A stretch of DNA of 63,222 bases, filler included, from Octopus bimaculoides (GCF_001194135.2; 4 parts of 3 records of this genome joined end to end with filler, not necessarily neighbours in it); one strand, 5' to 3'. Counted from the whole stretch's first letter, positions 46,715 to 60,152 are shown. Notes: generated by a model not told the origin, from the letters alone. A program made the numbers and translations.

Positions 46715-46892
46715 GGCGCAGGAGTAGCTGTGTGGTAAGAAGCTTGCTTCTCAACCACATTGTTCCAGCTTCAGTCCCATTGCCTGGCACCTTGGGCAAG
46801 TGTCTTCCATGTAGCCTCGGGCCAGCCAAAACCTCGTGAGTGGATTTGGTAGACGGAAACTGAAAGAAGCCTATCATATATATATATATGTG

Positions 46893-46934
<42 letters not shown>
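46715..46934 (+). mobile_element. SINE family A head followed by (TA)n(TG)n running into a gap
   Basis: ggcgcaggagtagctgtgtggtaagaagcttgcttc...ttcagtccc...ggcaccttgggcaagtgtctt...gtgagtggatttggtagacggaaactgaaagaagcc. Confidence 0.9.
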
Positions 46935-47305
46935 NNNNNNNNNNNNNNNNNNNNNNNNNNNNNNNNNNNNNNNNNNNNNNNNNNNNNNNNNNNNNNNNNN
47001 NNNNNNNNNNNNNNNNNNNNNNNNNNNNNNNNNNNNNNNNNNNNNNNNNNNNNNNNNNNNNNNNNNNNNNNNNNNNNNNNNNNNNNNNNNNNNNNNNNNN
47101 NNNNNNNNNNNNNNNNNNNNNNNNNNNNNNNNNNNNNNNNNNNNNNNNNNNNNNNNNNNNNNNNNNNNNNNNNNNNNNNNNNNNNNNNNNNNNNNNNNNN
47201 NNNNNNNNNNNNNNNNNNNNNNNNNNNNNNNNNNNNNNNNNNNNNNNNNNNNNNNNNNNNNNNNNNNNNNNNNNNNNNNNNNNNNNNNNNNNNNNNNNNN
47301 NNNNN

Positions 47306-47348
<43 letters not shown>

Positions 47349-47459
47349 TGTGTGTGTGTGTGTGTGTATTGGGGGACGTGGGTCAATCCATTTTGTCTAC
47401 TTTACTTGTGTTCTTCGTACCAATTTTAAATATTATTTATTGTGTGACTCTAAGATGAC

Positions 47460-47665
47460 CTGCTGACAGCATTGTCAGCACAACGGTCAAAATGCCTACC
47501 GGCATTTCGTCCGTCTTTACAGTCTGAAATCATGTTCCGCCGAGGTTGAACTTGCCTTTCATCCCTTCGAGTCGATAAACTAGGTACCAGATGACCACAA
47601 GGGTCGATGTAATCGATTTACTCCCTTCCTTGACCTTGCTGGCTTTGAGCCAAGATTTGAAATCA
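47460..47665 (+). mobile_element. SINE family B
   Basis: ggcatttcgtccgtcttta...gaggttgaacttgcctttcatcccttcgagtcgataaa...gggtcgatgtaatcga. Confidence 0.85.
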
Positions 47666-47689
47666 AAATGTATTGTTTGAATTGGTGAA

Positions 47690-48060
47690 TTATCGTCCTA
47701 GAAGATTGCCATCAGAGAACGATGTTTGTGCCATTAATTGGGCTCGATCAGTCAGGGCTGTGATTAAGCTGTTTCCAGACATAGCCTTGCTCTGAAGTGG
47801 GAAAAATGATGAATGATCATTCATTAGAGTATGTCCTCATTGACCACACGCTGATGCCATTCAGGAAAGTTGTAGTAACTGCAACTTTTCCATGTTACTC
47901 ATCTTTGTGCAGCTCACAGCGAACGATTTTTGCTGACACATTGTTCGCAAGAAGTTAGTTTAGCTCTACTATCAATTTTGCTGCCGTACTACGATGGTTT
48001 TTAGACACTCTTCGTTTCACTATTCTGTGGCCCTCTCGGCGAGTTTTACCTAATCCTCAT
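47690..48060 (-). pseudogene. Tc1-like transposase fragment (second HTH to start of DDE domain)
   Basis: IVKRRVSKNHRSTAAKLIVELN...VSAKIVRCELHK..HGKVAV...FIIFPTSEQGYVWK. Confidence 0.75.
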
Positions 48061-48134
48061 TATTATGTTTTGGCCAGAGCTAGGTTTATCTTGGTTTTGG
48101 AATGGCAACATTGTTACTTTTAAGCTTGCTATTT

Positions 48135-48365
48135 ACTGATATCTATTGGCAAACTGTGAGTTTATGGAGATGCAAACAAACCAACACCAGTTGTCAAGCG
48201 GTGGTAGAGGACAAATAAACACACACACGTACACACATAGACATGCGCAGGCTTCTTTCAGTCTCCATCTATCGAACCCACTCACTTGCCTATGGTGCCA
48301 CGTCGTAGGATTGAACCCAGAACCATGTGGTTAGAAAGCAAATCTTATATCACAGAGTTACACCT
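48135..48365 (-). mobile_element. SINE family A composite, internally deleted
   Basis: caccagttgtcaagcggtgg..ggacaaa, short (CA)n, then ggcttctttcagtctcc...gaacccagaaccatgtggtt. Confidence 0.75.
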
Positions 48366-49492
48366 ATATAATGTATATTCTTTTAAAATTTCCTGGTTTC
48401 AGTCATAGCGCTGTTATTTCAGTCTCGTATTTGTTTTATCGATCTCTTCATTATCAAATTCTTAGTTATCGTTGGCGTAAATTTTGACATGCAGTGATTT
48501 ACCTCACTTTCTACAAACTGAGTCACTCACACATACAGACGTACATATTCGCGTATATGATATATATATATATATANNNNNNNNNNNNNNNNNNNNNNNN
48601 NNNNNNNNNNNNNNNNNNNNNNNNNNNNNNNNNNNNNNNNNNNNNNNNNNNNNNNNNNNNNNNNNNNNNNNNNNNNNNNNNNNNNNNNNNNNNNNNNNNN
48701 NNNNNNNNNNNNNNNNNNNNNNNNNNNNNNNNNNNNNNNNNNNNNNNNNNNNNNNNNNNNNNNNNNNNNNNNNNNNNNNNNNNNNNNNNNNNNNNNNNNN
48801 NNNNNNNNNNNNNNNNNNNNNNNNNNNNNNNNNNNNNNNNNNNNNNNNNNNNNNNNNNNNNNNNNNNNNNNNNNNNNNNNNNNNNNNNNNNNNNNNNNNN
48901 NNNNNNNNNNNNNNNNNNNNNNNNNNNNNNNNNNNNNNNNNNNNNNNNNNNNNNNNNNNNNNNNNNNNNNNNNNNNNNNNNNNNNNNNNNNNNNNNNNNN
49001 NNNNNNNNNNNNNNNNNNNNNNNNNNNNNNNNNNNNNNNNNNNNNNNNNNNNNNNNNNNNNNNNNNNNNNNNNNNNNNNNNNNNNNNNNNNNNNNNNNNN
49101 NNNNNNNNNNNNNNNNNNNNNNNNNNNNNNNNNNNNNNNNNNNNNNNNNNNNNNNNNNNNNNNNNNNNNNNNNNNNNNNNNNNNNNNNNNNNNNNNNNNN
49201 NNNNNNNNNNNNNNNNNNNNNNNNNNNNNNNNNNNNNNNNNNNNNNNNNNNNNNNNNNNNNNNNNNNNNNNNNNNNNNNNNNNNNNNNNNNNNNNNNNNN
49301 NNNNNNNNNNNNNNNNNNNNNNNNNNNNNNNNNNNNNNNNNNNNNNNNNNNNNNNNNNNNNNNNNNNNNNNNNNNNNNNNNNNNNNNNNNNNNNNNNNNN
49401 NNNNNNNNNNNACACACACACACACACACATTATATTAATATTATGTAATGTAATATAATAATATAATGTAATATGATATGATGTAGTATAA

Positions 49493-49531
<39 letters not shown>

Positions 49532-51211
49532 GTATGTGTATGTATATATGTTTATGTATGTCTTATCAATTGATACAAACATATATGTGTGTGTGAATTA
49601 GATTTTTTAATACACACACATACATACATACATACATACACACACACACACGCTCTCGCATAGATATAAGAGTGTTCCCTTCGTTTTGCATTCTTCTTTC
49701 CACCAGACATTGGTCATTCATCATTTCTCATAAATTACTTGCACTGAATGACTCTTGAAAATTTCAACCCATCTTAACTGGAATTTTTTTTTCTTTTTCT
49801 TATCTGATTCCTCAAGAGTTATATCTGTAAAGAACCTATTTAGCCGCCAGATTTCGTCATAGAATAATTCTTCATCTAAAGAGCAGATATTAAAGCTTTC
49901 TCTAATTTAAAAACGAATCTAAAGTTTTGCTTTCATGTATTTTCAAAGGTGTTAGACATTTAAATTTACAGTGTTTTTAGTTGTAACATTTTTGAAGATT
50001 GTTCAACGCAGTTGAAAAAAAAAAGAAAGAAGATTCCTTAGCGTCGACTTCAAATCGATTTGCTGCATTATCGCTGTCGCATTTCTTTAGCTTTGCTCTA
50101 GCAATACTACCAAAAAATTGATCATGTTTTCTATTTTATTAAATATTGTCTTACATCATTCATAAATTTATATATTTTAACAAGTATATCGTTTCTCTCT
50201 CTACTGCCGCTATAACTAACGGGAAAACAGAGCAGACATTTATTAAAAAAAAAACATCCCAAATAAGCTGCAGCTAATTTATCTTACTGAAAATAAATGA
50301 ATTGTAGAAGTAGATTGTTGCGATAGAAGATAGGATTCAACTGTTTCAAGTTGTNNNNNNNNNNNNNNNNNNNNNNNNNNNNNNNNNNNNNNNNNNNNNN
50401 NNNNNNNNNNNNNNNNNNNNNNNNNNNNNNNNNNNNNNNNNNNNNNNNNNNNNNNNNNNNNNNNNNNNNNNNNNNNNNNNNNNNNNNNNNNNNNNNNNNN
50501 NNNNNNNNNNNNNNNNNNNNNNNNNNNNNNNNNNNNNNNNNNNNNNNNNNNNNNNNNNNNNNNNNNNNNNNNNNNNNNNNNNNNNNNNNNNNNNNNNNNN
50601 NNNNNNNNNNNNNNNNNNNNNNNNNNNNNNNNNNNNNNNNNNNNNNNNNNNNNNNNNNNNNNNNNNNNNNNNNNNNNNNNNNNNNNNNNNNNNNNNNNNN
50701 NNNNNNNNNNNNNNNNNNNNNNNNNNNNNNNNNNNNNNNNNNNNNNNNNNNNNNNNNNNNNNNNNNNNNNNNNNNNNNNNNNNNNNNNNNNNNNNNNNNN
50801 NNNNNNNNNNNNNNNNNNNNNNNNNNNNNNNNNNNNNNNNNNNNNNNNNNNNNNNNNNNNNNNNNNNNNNNNNNNNNNNNNNNNNNNNNNNNNNNNNNNN
50901 NNNNNNNNNNNNNNNNNNNNNNNNNNNNNNNNNNNNNNNNNNNNNNNNNNNNNNNNNNNNNNNNNNNNNNNNNNNNNNNNNNNNNNNNNNNNNNNNNNNN
51001 NNNNNNNNNNNNNNNNNNNNNNNNNNNNNNNNNNNNNNNNNNNNNNNNNNNNNNNNNNNNNNNNNNNNNNNNNNNNNNNNNNNNNNNNNNNNNNNNNNNN
51101 NNNNNNNNNNNNNNNNNNNNNNNNNNNNNNNNNNNNNNNNNNNNNNNNNNNNNNNNNNNNNNNNNNNNNNNNNNNNNNNNNNNNNNNNNNNNNNNNNNNN
51201 NNNNNNNNNNN

Positions 51212-51249
<38 letters not shown>

Positions 51250-51364
51250 CATTATGAGGATATTTAGACCTCTTATAGGGATAGTTTTATCCAAGATACC
51301 CTGGTTTAATATATTTTGAAGAGATATTTCTTCAATGAATATATTATAAAAGATAAATATTAAG

Positions 51365-53175
51365 TTTGAAAATAGAGAGATTCAATGGATATAAATTAAT
51401 TTATTAATTATTTAACATTGCCAACAATTGTTTCACTTCGCACCCAATTCAAATTCCACAACTTATATAATAATATAAGTTTGTATGTTGAGTATCCTTG
51501 GTGGAAGATCTTCAGTGCAAAATGAACCTCACAGAGTTTACATTTTGATCAGTTGAAATACTCCAACAAACTAATCAGATGAAAGCATGCTTGTTGTGTG
51601 TGTGTGTGGGGGGGGGCTGTGCACATGCACTAATATTTTATTTTTTATTTAAATACAATAATAATAATAATAATAATGAATTAAAATATATAAGAGTAAA
51701 AATAAAGGATAGAAATAAAGATTAATCATAAATAATGAAAATAATGAAATATATTAATAATAAGAATAAATAAAAGAAAATGGATGTCGATGGTCCATTT
51801 TGTTTTATGTGTGAGTGTATATTCGTGTGTTTATATGTGTGCTCATATGTATATATACGTATGCTTTCTGCTTAAGTTAATTTATGTGTACGTATGTGTA
51901 AATGTGTGTCGGCATAAGGTTACTGAATACAAGTGTGGATGTCATCATTCATGCATGATTGTGTGTGTGTTTGTGTGTGTGTGTGTGTGAACGTTTATAG
52001 ATCCTTACTGCTTAAGTTGGTTTATTAGAGCGTAAGCGTGTATGTATATTAGAAAAAGGTTATCGAATATTTCTATAACTATATATGGATATTCATAGCC
52101 CATTTCAGTTTATGTATGATTGCTTATGTCTGTGTGTATATGCAGATGTTTACTGTCTAAGTTGATTTATGCGTGCGTGAATATGTATGTATATTAGTAA
52201 CGTGTTATAAAGTCAAATGAGTTTGTTAATATACATATATATTCCCTTGTATGCATGTATCTAATTCACGAAAAAGTCAATCATAATTATTATAATAGTA
52301 AGATAATTAGTAACGTAATTATAATTGTATTTATTTATTGATTCATAGTTTATTCTATATAACATTATATATTTAAGTGTGTGTGAGAGAACACATTTAT
52401 GCATACGGACTTACGTTATACGCATTTAAGACTAGTACGTAGATATATTAAGTGCATTACGTCACCAAGATTAGTGTTATCGATAGATTTATAATATTTG
52501 TATCTAAGATAAGATATATTATATTGTCTGATTAATTAATAAAGATCAATACACAATATTATTATTAAATTGATATTTAAGTATTATATTATACAATATA
52601 TAGTAAATATTATTTATATTACTTTTATCCTATGTTTGGTTTGTAAATTAGCTTATACTTATATTATGCTTATATCATTAATGCTTTTTTTATTTATTTA
52701 ATTTTATTAAATTTTCGAAAATATACAAGTTAAAATAGTCACTCTTCCTGAGCTAATTAATTTGTGTTCTGATATTATATATCTTATGACTATTATATAT
52801 TATACTTATATTTCTAATGTTCAGTTTTGTTATTTATTATTTATTCATTTATTGACCATGGACAGCCATGTTTTGTAAAAAGAGACTTTTATTTCATTTT
52901 TATTTTACTTTATATATTTTTATTATTAATATAACATTTCATTATTTTCATTATGATCTAACAGAAATGCCGGCGAAATGTTTAACCGTATTTCGCCCGT
53001 CGCTATATTCTGAGTTCAAATTTCGTCGAGATCGACTTTGCCTTTCATCCTTTCGGGGTCGATAAAATAAGTACCTCTTCAACACTGGGATCGATGTAAT
53101 CGACGCATTTCCTCCCCCAAATNNNNNNNNNNCCCCAAATTACTGCCGTTGTGACAAAATTTGAAACCATTATTA

Positions 53176-53271
<96 letters not shown>

Positions 53272-53524
53272 TTGTATTTAAATAAAAAAACACAATAAAC
53301 ACGATTTCATCTGCTTAAACTGTTGGAGTGTTTCAACTGACCAAAGTGTAAACTCTGTAATGTCCATTTTGCCCTCAAGATCTTCCAACCAGGGTACTCA
53401 GAATGCAAACTTATATCATTATATATGTTTTGTAATTTAAATTGGGTGCGAAGTGAAACAATTGTAGGCAATGTTAATTAATTGATAAATTCATCTATAT
53501 CCATTGAATATCTCCATTTTCAAA
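51365..53524. repeat. Long inverted repeat pair: arms 51365-51584 and 53305-53524 around a 1.7-kb very AT-rich spacer
   Basis: Left tttgaaaatagagagattcaatggatata...acaattgtttcacttcgcacccaatt...ggaagatctt...acagagtttaca...tcagttgaaatactccaaca...cagatgaaa aligns colinearly with the reverse complement of 53305-53524. Confidence 0.9.
52960..53168 (+). mobile_element. SINE family B
   Basis: gccggcgaaatg...ctgagttcaaattt...tcgactttgcctttcatcctttcggggtcgataaaataagtacc...gatcgatgtaatcga. Confidence 0.88.
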
Positions 53525-53699
53525 TCTATTCATATATATGCACACACACANNNNNNNNNNNNNNNNNNNNNNNNNNNNNNNNNNNNNNNNNNNNNNNNNN
53601 NNNNNNNNNNNNNNNNNNNNNNNNNNNNNNNNNNNNNNNNNNNNNNNNNNNNNNNNNNNNNNNNNNNNNNNNNNNNNNNNNNNNNNNNNNNNNNNNNNN

Positions 53700-53908
53700 T
53701 TTTGAAAAGCTCCTGACTTTAAGGGTGTCGCGAAAGGCCTGGTTGGAGGCACAACCTTCCGAATCCTTTTACAGAGCATAGAAAAACTGGAGGACCGCTG
53801 CAATAAGTGTGTGAATCTGAGAAGGGAATCTGTTGAATAAAAGCATAGTTAATTGATCCTCCAATATTTTCTTTTACGCAAAGCTAGGAACTGTTGAGTA
53901 CCCACTCG
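53700..53908 (+). mobile_element. Mariner 3' end with right TIR
   Basis: KAWLEAQPSESFY...IEKLEDRCNKCVNLRRESVE*; ends ggaactgttgagtacccactcg|ta. Confidence 0.8.
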
Positions 53909-53929
53909 TATATCTTTTCTTTCTTAGGT

Positions 53930-54300
53930 TGCACTTGTTTCAGTCATTAGACTGCGGCCGTGCTTCAGCACCGCCTTGAAGAATTTTAATCGAAAGAATT
54001 TATCCCAAAACTTATTATTTCTTAAACCTGGTTCTCATCCTATCGTCTCTTTTGCTGAACCGCTGTTAAGGGGGTATAAACACACCAACCATGGTTGTCA
54101 AGCGGTGATGGGAGGGACAACCATACAAACACACGCACGCACACATGTAAGAGGGGCTTCTTTCAGTTTCCGTTTACCAAATCCAATCACAAGGCTTTGG
54201 TTGGCTAGACTAGCAGAAGTCACTTGCTAAGGTGTCACGCAATGGGACAACGCATAACCATGCGGTTGAGAAAAGACTTACCACACGGCCACGCCTGCAC
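53930..54300 (-). mobile_element. Complete SINE family A composite
   Basis: Tail 53930-54125, short (CA/CG)n, head 54155-54300. Confidence 0.82.
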
Positions 54301-54454
54301 CTGTATGCGTGTGAAATAATACATAGTTAGCAATAAAGAGAAGAAATAATGAAGAATTATTTGATTTGGAACCACAAAAGCAAAAATAGTGTTCTGTGTA
54401 AACCGGTGAGAAAAATATGAAGTATCTTATATCTTTTATCTTCTATTTGTTGCA

Positions 54455-54672
54455 GTAATTTGACTGCGGCCATGCTAGAGCACCACTCGGAAGCGTTTTA
54501 GTCGAACAGATCGTCCCCAAGACTATTTTTTTAAAGCCTAGTAATTATTCCATCGGTAATTTTTGCCGAACCGCTAGGTTAGGAGGACGCAAAAACATCA
54601 ATACCAGTTGTCAAGCGGTGGTGGAGATAAACACAGACAGAAAGCTGCACACGCATAGATACATGCTTCCAT

Positions 54673-54727
<55 letters not shown>

Positions 54728-54772
54728 CCCGTAACATAGCGGTTCGGCAAAAGTGGTCGACAGAATAAGTAC
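54455..54772. mobile_element. SINE family A tail (minus, 54455-54635), (CA)n, and a partial plus-strand tail (54728-54772)
   Basis: ttgactgcggccatgctagagcacc...tttttgccgaaccgcta; then ccgtaacatagcggttcggcaaaag...gaataagtac. Confidence 0.78.
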
Positions 54773-55689
54773 NNNNNNNNNNNNNNNNNNNNNNNNNNNN
54801 NNNNNNNNNNNNNNNNNNNNNNNNNNNNNNNNNNNNNNNNNNNNNNNNNNNNNNNNNNNNNNNNNNNNNNNNNNNNNNNNNNNNNNNNNNNNNNNNNNNN
54901 NNNNNNNNNNNNNNNNNNNNNNNNNNNNNNNNNNNNNNNNNNNNNNNNNNNNNNNNNNNNNNNNNNNNNNNNNNNNNNNNNNNNNNNNNNNNNNNNNNNN
55001 NNNNNNNNNNNNNNNNNNNNNNNNNNNNNNNNNNNNNNNNNNNNNNNNNNNNNNNNNNNNNNNNNNNNNNNNNNNNNNNNNNNNNNNNNNNNNNNNNNNN
55101 NNNNNNNNNNNNNNNNNNNNNNNNNNNNNNNNNNNNNNNNNNNNNNNNNNNNNNNNNNNNNNNNNNNNNNNNNNNNNNNNNNNNNNNNNNNNNNNNNNNN
55201 NNNNNNNNNNNNNNNNNNNNNNNNNNNNNNNNNNNNNNNNNNNNNNNNNNNNNNNNNNNNNNNNNNNNNNNNNNNNNNNNNNNNNNNNNNNNNNNNNNNN
55301 NNNNNNNNNNNNNNNNNNNNNNNNNNNNNNNNNNNNNNNNNNNNNNNNNNNNNNNNNNNNNNNNNNNNNNNNNNNNNNNNNNNNNNNNNNNNNNNNNNNN
55401 NNNNNNNNNNNNNNNNNNNNNNNNNNNNNNNNNNNNNNNNNNNNNNNNNNNNNNNNNNNNNNNNNNNNNNNNNNNNNNNNNNNNNNNNNNNNNNNNNNNN
55501 NNNNNNNNNNNNNNNNNNNNNNNNNNNNNNNNNNNNNNNNNNNNNNNNNNNNNNNNNNNNNNNNNNNNNNNNNNNNNNNNNNNNNNNNNNNNNNNNNNNN
55601 NNNNNNNNNNNNNNNNNNNNNNNNNNNNNNNNNNNNNNNNNNNNNNNNNNNNNNNNNNNNNNNNATTTATATAGGGCATTATAATTAAT

Positions 55690-56060
55690 TTTACTGCATA
55701 AAAAAAAGGGTGCTGGAGATAGATGTTAAAGGCGCGGGACAAATGAATCACGCATTGGAAGCCCATACGGGTTTCAACAAGGCTCAGTACCACATTTTTC
55801 AGAACACAGGTAACCTAAGAATGGATACCAGACAACCTTTACGAGCATGCAATACCAAAATTGACCAGATTTAAATCTGTTGGGCCTCTAAGTTTGAATC
55901 ATTTGTTGGAGGGAAGACTCATCGACATCATCCTCACACTGAAGGCTGCCATTTTCGAATGATGCTCGAAATGAATAAGGACTGTTTAGTGCAAGTTTCT
56001 GAAAGATTGTGATGCTGAACTGAAGCAGTCATCGAATTTGAAGGTGGATTCATAGAATAA
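55690..56060 (+). pseudogene. maT/DD37D-like transposase C-terminal remnant
   Basis: Fragments read FQQGSVP, PDLNLL, and the terminal EAVIEFEGGFIE*, typical of this group; heavily frameshifted. Confidence 0.65.
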
Positions 56061-56166
56061 TAATAATCGAGATGTGCACAAATTTTTATTAAAATACAAT
56101 TAACGCTTGCTAGATTATAGTCGTTTTATTAAATTAATGCATATATTCTACAATGCTCTCGCGCTC

Positions 56167-56235
<69 letters not shown>

Positions 56236-56697
56236 AAAGGTCAAAATAGAGAGTTATTTTCATTGCTCTGATTTGTTCTCACCAGAACACCATGATTCTT
56301 GATGAGGGTAGCATTAATTCTCTACATCGTTCAATTTTTCTCAACCAATCAATAGACCTTTTAGATAAACTTGTAAGCACTTAGTGGCTATATAACCGTA
56401 GCTGTGTCGAACAATCAGAGACCATTAAATCCGAATAGGATTTACATCTGCTGTAATACTTCCAGTGGGATAAGTAAATCACTTTTGAAAAAGTAAATCA
56501 CTTTTGAGAAATTCTGGAGTATATTAAAAGACATTAACTAGGACGAAAAATAACACACCTTTAATAAAAGATCACATCACAGAAAGGTCAACTGGTGTTT
56601 CTATTACGCAAGCATTTATGTAGAAACTATATATTAATTGAATGGTACAATATTAAAATCAGTCCATATTGTTTCGATTGTGATATCAAATATCTTT

Positions 56698-57153
56698 TTC
56701 TTTTACTTGTTTCAGTCATTTGACTGCGGCCATGATGGAGCACCGCCTTTATTCGAGCAAATCGACTCCAGGACTTATTCTTTGTAAGTCTAGTACTTAT
56801 TCTATCGGTCTTTTTTGCGGAACCGCTAAGTTATGGGGACGTAAACACACCAGCATCGGTTGTCAAGCGACATTGGGGGGGACAAACACAGACACACAAA
56901 CATATACACACACATANNNNNNNNNNNNNNNNNNNNNNNNNNNNNNNNNNNNNNNNNNNNNNNNNNNNNNNNNNNTATATATATATATATATATATGACG
57001 GGCTTCTTCCAGTTTCCGTCTACCAAATCCACTCACAAGGCTTTGATCGGCCCGATGCTATAGTAGAAGTCACTTGCCCACGGTGCCACGCAGTGGGACT
57101 GAACCCAGAACCATGTGGTTGGTAAGCAAGCTACTTACCACACAGCCACTCCT
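56698..57153 (-). mobile_element. Complete SINE family A composite (microsatellite partly in a gap)
   Basis: Tail 56698-56890, (CA)/(TA)n with gap, head 56996-57153 (cttgcccacggtgccacgcagtgggactgaacccagaaccatgtggttggtaagcaagctacttaccacacagcc). Confidence 0.9.
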
Positions 57154-57469
57154 ATATTCAAAACTTATGCAAACATGTTTTCAAGACAATCCACACGGCA
57201 GTGAATCCAAGGAAGACTAAAATCTTTTGCATCAAAATATCGGTTTCTACCACTTTATTGGTTTCAGTGATATTTAACTTTATTTCTTTTTCACCTAAAT
57301 AGCCTGTTATCGATATGCACTGCGATATCATGCTTGCTTATTTATTTATTTATTTATTTATTCAATGTCCACTGAGATCATCTTAAGTTTAAATAGTAAA
57401 CTGACCTTTTCTTAGCATATCATATTTCATTTCAGCTTTGTATCGTTATGCATTCCTGCTACTTTATTT

Positions 57470-57870
57470 TAATGACCCCCTTCACAGGCGGTAGTAAACG
57501 CCTTTGTAATTGTAGGAAACGCCTTAGATGTCCTATAGAAAATCAGAGCTTAAGGAAGAATCTAATATATCAATATACTGGGGATCTTACATTCTATGAC
57601 ATAGTTTCGTCCGCCACAGTTTTTAAAACTAGTTATATAACCATTTTTTAATTTAAATTTAGGCGCAAAATTAATTCTGCTAATCTTAGAGAATGTAGTT
57701 TGGATCTAAAGGACAAGAACATCAATTACGATATAAAACAGCCCATTGTAAGCGATGTTCCACCGTACAATATTTACCTAGAAAGTAAATTTAGTAAATT
57801 CTACAAGTGATCTAACAATGAGTTGCTCCTATAGGTATAGAAAAACCTTCAAATATTTCATTAGTGAATA
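57470..57870 (+). mobile_element. Penelope-like GIY-YIG fragment
   Basis: CNCRKRLRCPIENQSLRKNLIYQ...VFKTSY...DLKDKNINYDIK...VPPYN. Confidence 0.65.
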
Positions 57871-58496
57871 ACACCTTTATACTAACTTATTCTTTCATTA
57901 AATGGCGTGGGGTACATTTATAACCCTATTTTTTTGGCATTTCTTACATCCTTTCCCGTAATTTTTGATAATTGCTTTTTGTTTTCTATTACTTGATTTG
58001 GATTGTGTTACGTTTTACTTCTCCATCTTTGTTTATTCTTTCTTTTCAATTTTCTTTTTCTGCTAATTTTCCGTCCTTGATTTTTTTTCCTTCCACTTCT
58101 CCAAACACAGATCTTAGCTTTTCTATTATTGATTTTATATTCATTATTATCTTTTATTATGAATATATTAATTTACTTCTTGTGAGCTATATCCGATTTT
58201 ACTTTCTCGGATCATCATATCATTGGCTTCACTAATCTTATAATTTTATTTCTTGTTGACCTGAATAGCAAACTATCTACATACGAATGCATGAATTTAT
58301 AATTATATAGACATATATGCTTATGTATGCACACACACACACGTTCGCGCACGCACACACACACATATATACACGCACTTAAACACATACAAACACACAT
58401 GCACGCGCACACACACACGTTTAAACTTGCTTTTGTTCTTCATCAATCTTGATGAAGAGCAACTTCGATTGCGTAGCACATCCGAGCAAGTGTACA

Positions 58497-59275
58497 TTTA
58501 TTGAATGTACGCCCTAATGAATGTACACCTTAATGAATGTATACCTTAACGAATACATTTTAATGACTGTACCTGATGATGGTTCTAGTTTCTTTGGGTT
58601 GAAAGATCATAAGGAAGAAAGGTACGCTCTCAAATGACCGATCTTTTACAGTGCAGGGTTTTTCTTCATGTTTGTGTTTTGTTGTTTCAAATAGAGAGTC
58701 AATCGCACAGTTCGATCTCATTCTTTAAACTTTGTGGTCTGACCACAGTGGCTCAACGGAGCTAAGACGGCTGCGGTATAAAACCCACAAACTGAAGGTT
58801 TTACATTAGAGTGGGTTACTCCTAGGTGAATCGCCTTATGGACTGGAGAGCTCCTCCTACCCTAGTGCTGTCAAAAGGGCGTTAAAGAAATCATCGGACT
58901 TCCTGAGAGACTCCACCCCTTTAATTGCCGTCGAAGTTGGTTGCCCTAACACTTTCCCAAGGCACTCACAATGCAGTGAGGAGTTTGTGCTCGGAGTTTC
59001 TTCCACAACATGCTGATTAGGATCCTGACAGTTGTTACAACTCCGGGTCAGAATAGACCTGGGAATAGAAGTAGCTAAGGGCTGGTTCCACACCCCTCAA
59101 AAACCTAGAACTCCCGAACTAGGGCTCCATTAGTGAATGCAGTTTAAGTCAGACACAAGGCGTACATATTAGTGATTATAAAACTTAATCATAATACATT
59201 TTAATGACTGTACACCTTAGTTACTGTACGTACACCTTAGTTACTGTACGTACACCTTAATGATTGTATATCTTT
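58497..59275. repeat. ~16-bp minisatellite (tgaatgtacaccttaa) split by a 620-bp insert flanked by a 21-bp direct repeat
   Basis: aatacattttaatgactgtac at 58552-58572 and 59193-59213; repeat units continue on both sides. Confidence 0.75.
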
Positions 59276-59289
59276 AACAGCAAAAGGAT

Positions 59290-59775
59290 CATAGTCATGA
59301 GGTTGGCCAAAGAAATTAGCATATCATACAGCTTCTTTCCCAATATGAAGAACATTATAACTCCTGAAAATCCCCAGTTGTAACTGTCAAGACACTGACG
59401 TTTGCCCACTTGACCAGGCGTGTATGATAAACTCTGTCATGTACGAGGCAGAAGTAAAAGCAACACTTCAAGATACTTAATTGAAAAGAAGAATAACATT
59501 GAGTAATGCGAAGAGGATTTCAAGATAAAAAAAAAAAACATTATGCAAAACATTTATCTTCTTTACAACTCACCGACAAATGTAATGCAACTAAGTTGGC
59601 TAGCTGCGTATGGAAAATAGTGGAGAAATCTTAGCCATATATTAATAGATCTAAAAAATGCAAATTATTCATAGCAGAAAGATGTTATATTCTTCATAGA
59701 TCCAAGAATTCCACCACGCTTCTTAATTCCAGATCAAGATTTTTAGACGCAAACACATGGACAGGTTTGTTTTGT
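59290..59775 (+). mobile_element. Penelope-like linker plus GIY-YIG fragment
   Basis: ISISYSFFPNMKNII; CQDTDVCPLDQACMINSVMYEAEV; ATKLASCVWK; PYINRSKKCKLFIAERCYI; TLLNSRS. Confidence 0.75.
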
Positions 59776-60152
59776 CTAACTGGAAGACACCTAGCGCTCC
59801 TGATTGCGTTGCACCAAATTTCTTCGCGTTTATCTTCCGGCTTATTTTTTCTTAATATGTCATTGCCCAGCATCCTCGTATTTAAAATATATGTGACACA
59901 TAAACAGAGCCTGAAAGGCTGCTTGGAGATACACGGCCTATTTTATAAATGTGTACCAGTCTAAAATATCATAAAATTATAAAACTATCAGTAGCTCTTT
60001 CGGTACATGTATTAAATTTATATTTATCTCTCACAGAATGGAGTACATTTTGTTGATTCTACCTATATTGAGTCGCTCTCTCTCTTTCTCTCTCTCTGTA
60101 TATATATGTATGTGTGTGTGTGTCTGTATGTATATATATATGTATATGTGTG

